From: Cycas panzhihuaensis
Taxonomy: Eukaryota > Plantae > Cycadophyta
NCBI GenBank assembly: GCA_023213395.1
Contig: CM041465.1
Coordinates: 86,001,741 to 86,065,740, forward strand
Length of the DNA: 64,000 nt
Direction of reading: 5' to 3'
The position numbers and the translations under genes are program-made. The notes under the pieces were generated by a model, which saw only the letters and a list, made by a program, of their open reading frames with translations, had not been told where the DNA came from and did no database searches. Shown here piece after piece: positions 41,771-54,140 of the stretch (position 1 is its first letter; each line of letters starts with the position of its first letter).

Positions 41771-42047
41771 GGTAAAGACATGCATACCAGTTTTTAGGCA
41801 AAGATTGCAATGCTGCGATCATTGCTGCGGGGCCCGATCACAGTAGGACCTGACCTAAACTTAGTGGTACCACTAAGTTCAGCGCGGTACAAAGACAGAA
41901 AAGGAGAAAAAAAGATAGGAGGGCCCAAAGAGCCCCAAATCTTAGACAGAGAGAGTAAGGAGTGATAATAACTGACATGAAGTTAACTTTGATCATTTTT
42001 TATGTGGACAGGCTGTCATCACGGTGGATAACCACGAGAACGTAGGT

Positions 42048-43900
42048 ATGGCCATGTTGAGTTACATGGAGATGGCGTCATAGCAGGACAGGGAGATCCT
42101 GCAGAGATGTCGCCTATACAAGGCCCTCAAGACACCTCAGTATGCATCAGATCAGAGGTTACTGGTTGACATTGTATCCCATTGGGATAGGAGGAGATAT
42201 GTATTCCACTTACCTCAGGTAGGTGACGTGATGGTTACGCTGAGGGACATACGGCAGAGATCTTGGCGATGACCGGGAGGCCGGTGAGATCGGGACACCG
42301 CCAAAGACCGAGGTAGCACACAGAGAGGTAGCCCTGTTCTTCACAGGAGCAGATAGGTGGGAGCGGAGGGGAGCTCCCCTCCAGACCATACTGATGTCAG
42401 GGATTCCTCGGGTGAGTAAGTTGGTTATAATGTGCGTTCTGTTCCAGATTTCCTAGAAACAGAACTATAGGAAGATACCGGGTGGCTGGTTGGATGCGGT
42501 ACGTCGCTATGAAGCTAGCGAGAGGATGGACTGGGCGACCTTGATAGTGGTGAACCTCGTCGCCCAGCTAGACACTATCAGGATGACCGGCAGAGGCGGG
42601 TTGTCATATAGCACACTGCTACAATGTTGGTTTTTTTATCATTTCGTAGCAGTGGCATCAACGGGGGGACCACACCCCATCACAGAGCGGGCCCCGATGG
42701 TCCATAGGTGGTAGACTCGGTTGAGAGGGACAGAGGATCGGGCCCATATACAATGATCGGTGGAGGCAACATCACTGGACCTCCTCACCCTACCAGACTA
42801 TATAGTAGAGCCCTACAAGACGGTGAGGTGGGACAGCGATGATGAGGCGGGCAGAGCAGGAATGCCTGCAGGTGATGATGATGGCGACGATAGAGATGAT
42901 GGAGGAGATGGGGCCAACCTGTCACGACCTGCAGGGGAGGCAGGTCCTTCAGGGATGGCAGGAGGAGCAAATGGTCTATCTAAGGCTACCAGAGGAGAGG
43001 TAGGCCCATCAGGAGCGCAGGACGAGAGCGGGGGGCCAGTGACTAGGGCCCGCAGGCTACGGATCGTGAGGGGATCCAGAGGGACGAGAGTTGAACCAGT
43101 CCCTGTGAGGAGGGAGGCCAAGGCAGAGGAGGTGCCCAAGGATGAGGCACCCACAGCTGGCAAAGAGCCAGGAGGGGAGGATGTCGCACGACCAGAGGAG
43201 ACGGCGACCACAGGAGGTGAGACCTAACCTTTTCTTAAGTCATTTGGCATCCGAATAGATATTTGATTTGGTTTGATCATGGTATATGGTGAGATATATA
43301 CTGACACATGGCATGTTGTATTGGCAGGTGCAATAGAGATCTGAAGACTGATAAAGGTTGTGGTAAGGGAGATATTCCCCTAGGTATATGCAGAGGGGCA
43401 ACTGCCCATCCAAGTAGGAGATGAGCCTAGAGCGGCAGGTGCCCACATGGAGGCATTCACCCCATTAGTGAGGGTGAGAGACATATGGGCCGCAGAGTCC
43501 CAAGAGCACGTGACATCCCAAGGACAGCTGCAGCAGGAGCGAGATGAGGCGAGGCGTGAGAGGGATGAGCTACGTGGACAGGTGCAGGCCCTAGAGGCAC
43601 AGGGCAGAGCAGGCGGAGATGCCGAGAGCAGAGTCCAGATAGCGGTACTCACAGAGCATCTCAAAGTGATGGAGGAGGGACTCCGAGGAGAGAGGGATCA
43701 TATGTAGGCCTGATACGATCAGCTGGTGGCTCAGATGGCGTCGAGGTCGAGCTGGAGCAGGACATATACCCACAAGGTGACGACGACCCTTAGATGACCA
43801 CAAGACGAGGAGAGCGAGGCGGCTCATGAGGCCTGTGGAGGAGCCTCAGAGGGATGTGGTCCACATGAGAGGGATCACACAGACCGGGAGATAGTACCCT
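42048..43900 (+). pseudogene. Antisense accessory gene: Plant Mobile Domain (PF10536-like) + acidic linker + coiled coil, intron 43217-43327
   Basis: DQRLLVDIVSHWDRRRYVFHLPQVGDVMVTLRDI, DWATLIVVNLVAQL..GLSYSTLLQCWFFYHF and LDLLTLPDYIVEPY follow the PMD motif order. A phase-1 GT-AG intron joins ORFs 42760 and 43447. Several premature stops and at least one frameshift. Confidence 0.8.
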
Positions 43901-44577
43901 AGGGGTAGGGCAGCAGTAGAGTAGGAGATGTACATAATTTTGACAGGAAAGCACGGGCCTCCAGGGGGTCATATATAGGATCATATGATTGTACCCCCCC
44001 TGTAAGGACACCGGCTTCCCATATGTATGATGTGACATGGTTTTTGGATGTATATATATACGGGGTAATTGGAACCCCATTTGGACATGAGATGATGTGT
44101 ATATATCATGTGCGGATGACATGTATGTTTATTTTGTATGTTGTAAATGTTAAGTTGTGAATATTTTATGTTATGAATATTTTATTGTATGATGCACACG
44201 TTTCCTTCCATGTATGGCTATATGTCTAACAGGAGCACGCACACACGTCGTCAGTGGAGATGACAAAGAGGTGTGAGGTTAGAGGATAGAGTAGCATACA
44301 CGTCTGCGGACGAGCATAGCGGAATATACGAAGGAAATGGTAGGCAGGAGGGAGGAGCGACGATGCTCCAAAGTGTCATCCTAGTTGGGGAATGCCTAAG
44401 TAGGAAGACAAAAAGTTCCTAAGAGGGTACGGAAACATGAGTTCCGTGGAAGGAACCAAAAAGAAGAAGAATGATCCACCTTAAATTGTCATTCTACCCG
44501 TGGTTGGGAAGAATGGGAACAACCTAAGACGGTAGTTTAGGCTCATTTCGGAGCAGGGCGAAGGGATCACCGAAAGA

Positions 44578-47500
44578 TCATACATAAAACTTTTTAAGGA
44601 ATTTCCCATTAACAGCTTTCTCAAATTCAAGCCCTTCTAGGGTGGCTATCCTATAGGCATCATTACCGAGGGATTCGATAATGATAAAAGGACCAACCCA
44701 TCGGGGTTTGAACTTAGTCAAGCGATCATAGAGGTACTCGAGTTTGAGGACGTGGTCCCCAGGAAACAAAGGACGAGAACGAAGGTGTTTATTATAGGTC
44801 CTTTGTGAGTGAGCTTTGGATGCTAGGTTAGCCTGATAAGCGGCTAAGCGTCTCTCATCCAAAGCCTCGAGGTCCAGAAGGCAAGCCTAACGGATCGACT
44901 CTTCATCGATGAGACCTCGAAGGGAGACTCGTAAGGAGGGAATCTCCACCTTCAGCGGGAGTACCGCCTCGGTACCATAGACCAGGGAGAATGGGATCAT
45001 TCCTGTGGTGGAACAGATAGAGGTGTGATAAGCCCACAAAGCGGAGGGCAACTGAAGGTGCCAATCCTTTTAGGATTGAGTAACGGTTTTCTTGAGAATG
45101 TTAACGAGAGTCTTATTGAATGACTCCACTTGGCTATTTGCCTGAGGGTAGTAAGGGGAGGAAGTCTTATGAGAAATTTTGAACTTCTCACAAAGCTCAT
45201 CCATCTCCTTATTACAGAAAGGAGTTCCATTGTCAGTGACTAGGACGTTCGGAATCCCAAAACGGCAAATGATGTGCTGGTAAATAAATGTGGCAATCGT
45301 TTTACTAGGGGTAGTGATCAAGGGGATGGCCTCTGCCCTTTTAGTGAAATACTCCATGGCAGTCAAGATAAACTTGTGCTGCGACGACGAAGGCAGGGAG
45401 ATAGCCCCAATGAGGTCTAGTCCCCACTAAGCAAAAGGCCATGGTGAAACAATGGGATATAGGGCCTCGGAAGGCACATGGGAGATGTTGGCTTGTTCTT
45501 GACATCGCTGACATCTCAAAGCAAAGGCATGAGAGTCCTTGAAAAGGGACGGCCAAGAATAGCCCATGCGAAGGATCCTCTGAGCCATAGACTGGCCCCC
45601 AAAGTGACCTCCACAAATACCATGGTGGCATTCGCGAAGTACTTGGTCAGCTTCGTCAGTAGTGACACAGCGGAGGAGGATCCCATCGAAGGACCTCTTG
45701 TACAATACCTCGTCCATGAGGAGGTATTGCCTGGCAGAAGTCCATATACGAGATCTAACTTTACTATTGGCATCGGGGTGGTATTGCTGCTGTATAAGAT
45801 ACTACACTATATCACCATAACACTCATTGTCGATGAGTGGATGGGGAGAGATCCCCTGAATCGTCAGGATAGACTCATCAAGGAGAGAGTCGTCAATGGG
45901 GGAACCACAGGAGTTAGGGATAGGGGCGTCTGCGAGTTGCTCGGCTACTACCATACCCTTCTTTGATTTCTGGTTAATGATATGGAGGTCAAATTCTTGA
46001 AGTAGGATGGCCCACCGACCGGCCCTACCCGTCAAATCTGAACAAGTAAGTAAGTATCACAATGGATCGGATTGAATGATCATCTTGGTGGTGTTGCCAA
46101 GCAAGTAGTGTTTGAACTTCTTAGTCGCATGGACCAAGGAGAGGCACTCCTTCTCGACGAGAGAATAGTTAAGCTCAGTAGCCACGAGGGTGCGGCTGAT
46201 GAAATATATAGCTCTCTCGGTTCCTGAGTCATCCTCCTGAGCTAACATCGCGCCGAAGGACTCATCAGTCGCCGAGGTGTATAGGACGAAGGGCCTATTG
46301 AATCGAGGAGGCGCCAATGTAGGAGCAGAAGCAAGGGCTTCCTTAAGTTCTTCGAAGGCCTTTTGGGTCTTGTCAGACTAGGCAAAAGGAGCTCCCTTCT
46401 TCAATAGGTTCGTAAGGGGTTTAGCACTCACAGTGAAGTCTACTAAGAAGTGCCTAAGAAAACTAAGCCTTCCTAGAAATGACTTAATCTGTCGTTGAGT
46501 TCTAGGCGGCGGCATGCCAAGGATTGCCCTGACCTTGTCAGGATCAATCTAAATTCCTCGTTTAGACACAAGGAACCCAAGGAGTTTACCCGAGGTAATG
46601 GCAAACACACACTTGAGCATATTTAAACTGGCGTGATACTTGCGGCATCGTGAGAAGATGGCATACAAGTCGGATGGATGATGAGCCCTGACACGGGAGA
46701 GACCCATCATATCATCCATGAAGACCTCCAATGTGTTATCAATGAGGTTATGAAAAATGAAATGCATGGCTCTTTGGTAAGTAGCACCTGCATTCTTAAG
46801 ACCAAAGGGCATCGCCTTGTAGGCGAAGGTACCCCAAAGTGTAGTGAAGGCCGTCTTGTGGCAGTCTTCAGGAGAAATCTGAATTTGGTTATAGCCGAAG
46901 AAGCCATCCATTAGAGACATAACTTCAAATCCAGCGGTGCAATCAATAATTTGATCGATAAAGGGTAGCGGGAAGTTGTCCTTAGGACAAACATTATTGA
47001 TGTCGCGGAAATCGGCACATATATGAATTGCCCCATTCTTTTTGGCAACGGGGACAATATTGGAGACCCATTTAGGGTAGTCAATGGAAGTAATAAGCCC
47101 AGCATCCAGAAGCTTCTCGACCTCCATCTTGACGGCGACTGAGAGCTTTGGGTGAAGGGCAGCCTTTACAGCGCAAGGCAGGCGCCAGGAATGGTGGTGA
47201 GGTTATGAGTGACAATGGAGGGGTCAATTCCCTTCATATCAGCATAATCCCATGCAAACACATCTCGAAACTCTTGGAACAGAAGGGAGTACTCCCTTAT
47301 CTCATCAGGAGAACACTCCAACCCAACCTTAATGACCTTGCCGGGGACTAAGACTATGTCTTGGGTTGCCCCCATGCACATGGCATTGCCCTCCTTAAAG
47401 TGGAGAGGGGCAAGGTCAACAGGACGAGGTGGAATAGGAGATGGGATCAGATTAGCAAGTGTGGATCCAATCGCAAGGATCTTCTGGTGACCAAGCCTGT

Positions 47501-50500
47501 GATGACCAGAAGGTAAGTTGGGCGCAAAACTTGCTAAGTGCTCAAGTAGGGCTTCGTCATCCTCGAAGTAATCCACCCCATGGATGACCTTACTTTGAGT
47601 AAAGGAAGTACTAGAGGGAGTAGAAGCAACGGGACCGTGATGGTCATCGGGTTGCTCAACTTCCTTGCGGGACTCTGAAGGAGAGTCAAAAGGAGGCTCC
47701 TCGGAAGGAGCAAAAGGTGGCTCTTCAAAGCCATTACCCACAAGGGGTAATGAAGGAGAAGAACTAACGATGGGCGGGTCAACATAAGCGATGACATATG
47801 ACACGTAGGAGTGGCTAGCCTCACCAATGAGAGGGATTCTAGACAGGGATCTAGAACGAGACTGGTGCAACCTACTGGTGTAGAGGAAAGAGACGGGGTG
47901 AAGACAATCCTCATCCTCATCATGTAACTCATCATCACTAAACGAAGCGAGGTACCCGTAACTCCCAACGCCAATAGGGGCGAACCACGTGAGACTAAGA
48001 GAAGAATATACAGGATTTTCTTCAAATGAGTTAGGTATGCCAATAGAGCAAGCTGAGGCGTGCATAGAAGGACCTCAATTTGCCAGATTGGTGGAACGAG
48101 TTTGTTTGGTAAATGGGCGTTCGTGGGGAATCACTCTCATTCATCCGTCATGGGCAAATTTAAGTTATCCCCAAAGAGTCGAGCACACAGCTCCCATTTG
48201 GTCGAGCCATGAATGACCTAGAAGGAGGTTGTAGTCAACGTCAACGTCGAGGACTACAATATCGACAAGAACAGTCTTGCCCTCAAGGGTGAGCAGAATC
48301 GTGACAGATCCCAAAGGGGTCTTCTTGCTACTGTCATAACCTTGGCATCACCACAGAACAAGTTCTAAGGCGGAGATACCAAGCTCTTGCATGACACGTA
48401 AGGGCATGGCATTGACGGAAGAACCGTTGTCAACAACAGTCCTTTGAAGGATACAATTGGGCGTATCGATAGTGATAGTGAATGGGAAGTTCCACTGACG
48501 TTCCCTTTCACTGGCGGGAGGAAGATCCTTAGGATCAAATAAAATAACAGATCCACAACCTTGGGTAATACCCAAAGCGTGGACAGGTGCATCACTCGAT
48601 CCTAAAGCTTCCAGGAGGAGGGCCTGCTGCTCAGGACAACTCCTCAAAATGTCCATCAAGGACATTCTCAGAATAACGATGAAGCTCATCTACGATGGAG
48701 AAGGGTTTACCCTTCACCGTAGGCTGGATAAGTGGCCTTTGTAAATCATAACGACCTGGGCATACAGGAATAGCCTTGGGAAAGAGAGGTATTTCCGGAG
48801 GAAAGTTCTCCGGAAGAGGGTTAGAAGGAGCGGAAGAAGAAGAAGCCCCCACTGCTTCCTTAGCGGCCTGAGACTGCATAAGGGCGTAGGAAGGAGTTGC
48901 TTCAAGCAACTGGATCACCTTCTTCCCCTTATTCCGGGGTTGTGAAGGTGACAGGGTACGATGGTTAGGGGAACAAGAGGAAGAAGACGAGTTTCGGGCA
49001 CTCTTCCCTTTGTCGCGGGAAGGACGGGGATCGGGCAATCTTCCTCAGTTCCGGTTATTCTTGGTTTGGGTGTTACGATCGCGTTCCCCATGTCTAGGGA
49101 ATGGATCCTTGTGAATTGGTTGGTCCAAATTAGGCCTTGAGGCCCGTTTGGGGGAAGAGTCGCGTCGAGGGGCATCCTTAGGATGCTGGGCCCTACAACG
49201 TGAATCATCGTGGAAGCACTTCCCATGAATAAAGCGCCACTTCTTCTCAAGCGGAGGGTCTGACCTTCTCACTTGAGAGGACTCGGCGTTTCCATTCATG
49301 GGGAGAGGAGCTTGACTTGTTTGTTGGACTTATTTGTTGGATGTAGGAGATGAAGGAGCCTGAAGCTTAAGTTCCTTCATCGTACGCTCGAACGAGCGTA
49401 TGGCTGATGTGAGAGGATCTAAAGTCCTCTCAGTCGGATGAGAGGAAGACCGAGTAGGTTGTGAAGGTTTGGTGTCTTTGGTTGGGGGTGGTGCCTCACG
49501 GCGCTGTGAGGGCTTAAGAGGTTTCTTGAGACCGGCTTGGATCTCAATAGCCTCCAAAGCCAAACACTTGGCAATTGTGGAGTCGCATGTGGTTGCCCCC
49601 ATTTTAAGGACTTCCACATGCACTTCGAGACAAAGTGCATTAATGAAGAGATCTCGTTTCAACTCCTCGGGTAATGTTACCTTAGTGGAGTGAAGCAAGT
49701 CGTGAAATCACCGCACAAAGTTATGATTCATTTTATCGTGACCTTGTTTGAGCGAAAGGAACGACTTCATTCCACTCTCGAATGGACGGGCTACATCAAA
49801 ATAGTTGATGAACTCGTTCACCAATTGCTGGAATGAATGGATGGAGTGGGCAGGGAGACGGTAAAACCACTTAAGGGTGTCACCCTGCAAGGATCGCGGG
49901 AACAATTTCATTAAAATGTGGTCATAAGCCCAGTAATCGATGTATGCCATAGAAAAACTATGGCACATGCTCCGCCAGGTCTTGCGACGAAGTTCCGTTG
50001 AATCTAGGAACTTCAGGAGGATGAGGCGGCAGATCGGTTCTCAATGCCTTAATGGATAGAGGTGTTGACCTAAAGTCCATGAAGGGACATGCCCTTGCCT
50101 GGACCATAGGGTCAACGAACGACATAGCAGGTAACAAACAAGGAGCGGATGGGGGTGGCACACCCATCCTTCCTTGAGGAAACGCCCCCTGTTGGGAAGG
50201 GGCGTGGGGGTAAGTGCCTTGGAAGGGAGCCGGGTTCCCTTGCGAAGGCACAACAAATGGAATCACACTTGATGATGGAAAAGATGGATGCGAAATCGGG
50301 TTTTGCCCATATGGGCCACCCGTAGGTGGGGCGACCCCATATGGGTGTAGCGGATCCACTCCATAAGCTAGGAGATGGCTTCCTCTACCCTACCCCCAAG
50401 GTTAAGAAGTATACCCTAGGGGAACGTAGAAGGAAGCACCAACGTATTGGTTTTGAGGGTGTGTGGGAGCAGGTCCCACATGACTGGTAGCTGAAAGGTT

Positions 50501-51247
50501 AGTAGGACCGACATACCTACTAGGAAAGGTATGCGCGACATTAGGGGATGGCACATTAGTTTGGTTAGGGACGGGTATGCTAACCTTCAATTAAGGGAAA
50601 GACATACCACGGGAAGATCCTGAAACACTAAGACCTCGATGAGAAACAGAAGGCGCAACATGTGCACCCACTACAAGAATAGGAAAGGAGCGGGATACAT
50701 GCGTAGGCACAAAGGGATTGGTTATCAAAGGAAGAGTAGATGAGGATGAGGCATGCGGGGGAGGAACAGAAGAAGAAGAGGCTCCTCCATGAAGCGCATC
50801 CTCAAACCACCCAGGACACGGTTGGAAGCATGCTGCGCGACGACACTCGGTGAGAGCTTCAACTACGTCGACAGGAGGGGTTCCTACATACTTGTAAGAG
50901 GTGGTCGGGACCTCGAACGAGGTAGGTCCCTCAGGACGCCCCTCATAAGAGTCACCGATTGAGTGATAAGTCTCAAGAGGAACGGATCCTTCTACCATAT
51001 GGGTAGAGGGATGGATGTCGAGCGAGTGACGTTGGTCACTCGGGTAATAAAGGGGGTCATCACCCTCCTGAGTGGACCCCAGAATAGAGGAAGGGAAATC
51101 ATGGGTTTCTAAAGTTGAGGTGTGGTAGGCCCAATCAGAAGAGTATCCCTCCATAGTCAAATATGAATCTGACAAAGGAAGAGGGCAATACTCAGGGTCT
51201 TCTAACAATGGAGGTAGACCACACAAGCGACAAGAAGAGCGTCGCAT
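44578..51247 (-). pseudogene. gag-pol of the Tat-like element
   Basis: Pro-rich N-terminus (51247-49958), gag core LFPRSLQGDTLKWFYRLP (49708-49968), PR VVDNGSS (about 48430), RT FMDD (46549-47127), RNase H (46057-46317), INT HHCC/DDE/GPF (44578-45717); a few stops and frameshifts. Confidence 0.93.
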
Positions 51248-51400
51248 ATAAGGTCAACCAACAATGTTAGGGAAAAGGAAAGGGCAATAAAGACACATGC
51301 GTTGGGGGCTACCCAATGAAAAGATCAAAATAGGTGAAAAAGGATCACAAAAAGGTAGCGAAACTAACGGAAGAGAGCGGAAACTAGCTCCCCTACTGGC

Positions 51401-51420
51401 AGTCCCCAGTATGGTCGCCA
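51401..51420 (-). other. Primer binding site, tRNA-Arg-like
   Basis: Minus strand reads TGGCGACCATACTGGGGACT 1 nt after the 5' LTR, resembling Ogre/Tat PBS; the tRNA identity is from recall. Confidence 0.75.
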
Positions 51421-51421
51421 G

Positions 51422-54140
51422 TGGACGTGCGTCTATGGGATAGCTACCTAACTAAATAGGAATGGTAAGAGCGGTTGGTCATATGATCGAGAAAGGGACC
51501 TATAAGTAGAGCAAGTACCACGTAGAGCGCCCTGTGCACCAGAGCGCGAGTTCAGGACCTGCAATGGAATATAACTACTAAAGGGTGATCCCCCCACTTC
51601 GAATAAGAGGTGAGGAGGCGTAGGGTTAGCCTAGGTTAACCTAAGGGAAGGATCCTCCCACCCTTGGATGGCCGGAAGGGGAAGGAGAGGAACCTTCGAG
51701 GGTTTCCCTAGAGCAACGGGAAACAAAGAAGGATAGGCAAGTAGGCGGCCTATGGACGAGGTCACCTTGGCTATCCGACAAAGCGGGGAACCAAGGGAAA
51801 GTAAGAGGGATGACCCAAGGAGGCAGATCAAGGTATGCCTAAGCACACTAACCAAATACACAAATAATAAGGAGAGAAGGAAGCTTGCACGGTAAAAGGA
51901 AGGAAAATGTGAGAGGGAGGGTTTCCTAAGACCTTTTCCTACGGCTAAAGGAGATGCAAGCAGCAAAGTAAATAAAGTATAAACCAAAAGCAAGGTGGAT
52001 TTCCTTTCTATATATAATGAGTTAATTACTACTTATGTAAAGGAAATTCAAAAGGAAAAGGTGATAGAGTGAAGCGAAAGCATTTACCCAGAACAGAAGC
52101 GTGTCGTAATGATAGTGCTCCCAAGAGGCACCCAAAGCTACTCCACAAGGTGCGGCGGTCATAAAGCATCATGGCGGATCAGAATGAGGGGTTCCCTTAC
52201 CTTCCCCAGAAAAATACTAAATTACAAAATAAAGGAAAGAAAGAGACCAAGTACTAGTAATAAATGAAGTATGAAAAATATAACATGAATGGATGTGCTT
52301 ACCGGTAAAGGGACAAATGGAGGAAGGTCCTTTGCGCTTTCTGAACACCTGCAAGTAAACGACAAACTCCCCCCCTTTCCGGAGAAAATATACTAACATG
52401 CAATGGCAAGAACCTAACAATACATGTCTATGTAAAACAAATATAAACTTAAACACATATATGTTAGAATCAACACAATGATGATAATATGTAAAGGAGG
52501 ACAACCAAAGTAAATGGAAAGTAACCGGTGAGCCTCAGAGTGGCCTACTTCCCACAAAGAACAACCCCAACCTCCCCCAAAAGCCACAAGGTAGCAAGGG
52601 TAAGGCTAAGAAAGATGGCTAGAAACAGTAGCAAGAGAGTTGAAAGGAGCCAAATAGGACCTACGACAAGCTGGGGTGCTATGAAGAGCAAACTGGGCTG
52701 CCGAGAAAAGAGTTGGGCAAAGAACAAGCGGTCGGGACTTACGTGAGTTGCCTGGACCTAAGCACAAGCCCTCAAACTAGCGCCGAACGCAGACAAGGTC
52801 GATTTCAGCGGCTAAGGGAGGCCCAACAAACCCTTGTTTAAGTGCCAAGGACATCACGGGGTAAGAGGGAAGGTTTGGGGGGCTAAATGCCGCTTGAGGA
52901 GTGTGGAAGGTGGTACAGAATCCACCCAGCTCTCTCCCAAACCCTAGGTAACCCCTCTTTGCTGCTGCCTTGAGCAACAAACGTAAGCAAAGAGGCACTA
53001 ATAACTGAAGTAAAATAGCCCAATACAAAAGGCAAAACAACCTTCACAAACCCAAGCAAGAGGACAAGCAAGATAAGGCATCAATTGAATAAGAAAATAA
53101 CTCAAATCAATGAATACCTGAGAAGAGGAGGAGAGGCTCTTGCCTCAGTCAAGGGCTAGTAAGGAGAGGTTGAGAAATTAGCCCAAAAACTGTGGTATAG
53201 CAAGTTTGGAACCCTACTAATGGAGTTGGAGGAAGAACACCTGCACTTAGAACGCTTAATGGCTGCCTGGATAAGAATCCGCTGAGATCTCTCCAAAGGG
53301 GCCCTCTCCAAGGTGTGTGAAGGGCTGGGAAGATGTCCTAGCCGCACCAAAAGAGAGCTGGGTATTAGAGGAGAGGTGCAGGTCCTGTAGTAGCAGCAGA
53401 GAATAGTAGAGCACAGGGTGGTTTCATTGAGGAGCAATCCAAAAAGTGAGCAAAAAGTCCTCAAAAATGAGTAAATGATGACTTAAATACCCAACCCAAA
53501 CCCCAAAGTGAGTAGTTAGGGCGCAGTTGGTAGCAAGTTAAGTCGCGAGACACGTGGCAGTTTCACAATAAATGCGAAATTGCCATGGCAGATTTAAAAA
53601 AATAAATTAGCACAGTCATACCGCCACAAAATCCGCGGTACCGTGGATTTTCTGGCGGTACTGTGAAAATCATGGCAGTATTACCCCAGAGGCAAATCCA
53701 GGCCTGGCCAGCCAGTCTAGGCTGTGGACAAATGATAAAAAGGGCCAATGGGAGGCTGAGACATCTACCCGAGGGTAAACAAGCCAAGAAACAAGTCCAG
53801 AAGAGCAAAAATAGGATCCAAGCGATGTGGCAAGTCAACCAAACAATGACGGGTCATCACACGGGCAGAGGTGGCGCAAGTCAAGTGGATCTTGGAGCAA
53901 GGAGGGCAGAATGTAGGAAGTGGAGGAGCCACCAGGGTGCCACACTTGCTGGGAGTGTGCCCCTACTATAGTTGTCATAGGCTAAAATAAGTGTAGACAA
54001 AGACAAAACTGTCTACAAGGCCACAAACATGCAGACATACAAGCAAACACTCATCGAAAGAAAGCGATGATAAGGTGAGAAACATACCTGCACTTACCTG
54101 AGTCGGTAATTCCGTATCCATTCCCAGAAGCCAGGAAACA
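51422..54140 (-). repeat. 5' LTR of the Tat-like element (2719 bp)
   Basis: Bounded by the PBS and the TSD; TG..CA termini; minus-strand TATA-like TATTTAAG at about 53482-53490 (and about 41597-41605 in the other LTR). Confidence 0.92.

Larger units (their letters stand above)
39530..54140 (-). mobile_element. Tat/Ogre-like (non-chromovirus) Ty3/Gypsy LTR retrotransposon, 14.6 kb
   Basis: TG..CA termini with perfect TSD GTAGC (39525-39529 and 54141-54145), long LTRs, PBS TGGCGACCATACTGGGGACT, and order gag-PR-RT-RH-INT with Tat-type motifs (MPFGLKNAGATYQRAM, LYKRSFDGILLRCV). Confidence 0.95.

Noticed and set aside
45478-45966. 162-aa ORF antisense to integrase and other shadow ORFs at 42-51 kb
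   Set aside because: Expected by-products of GC-rich coding sequence on the opposite strand.
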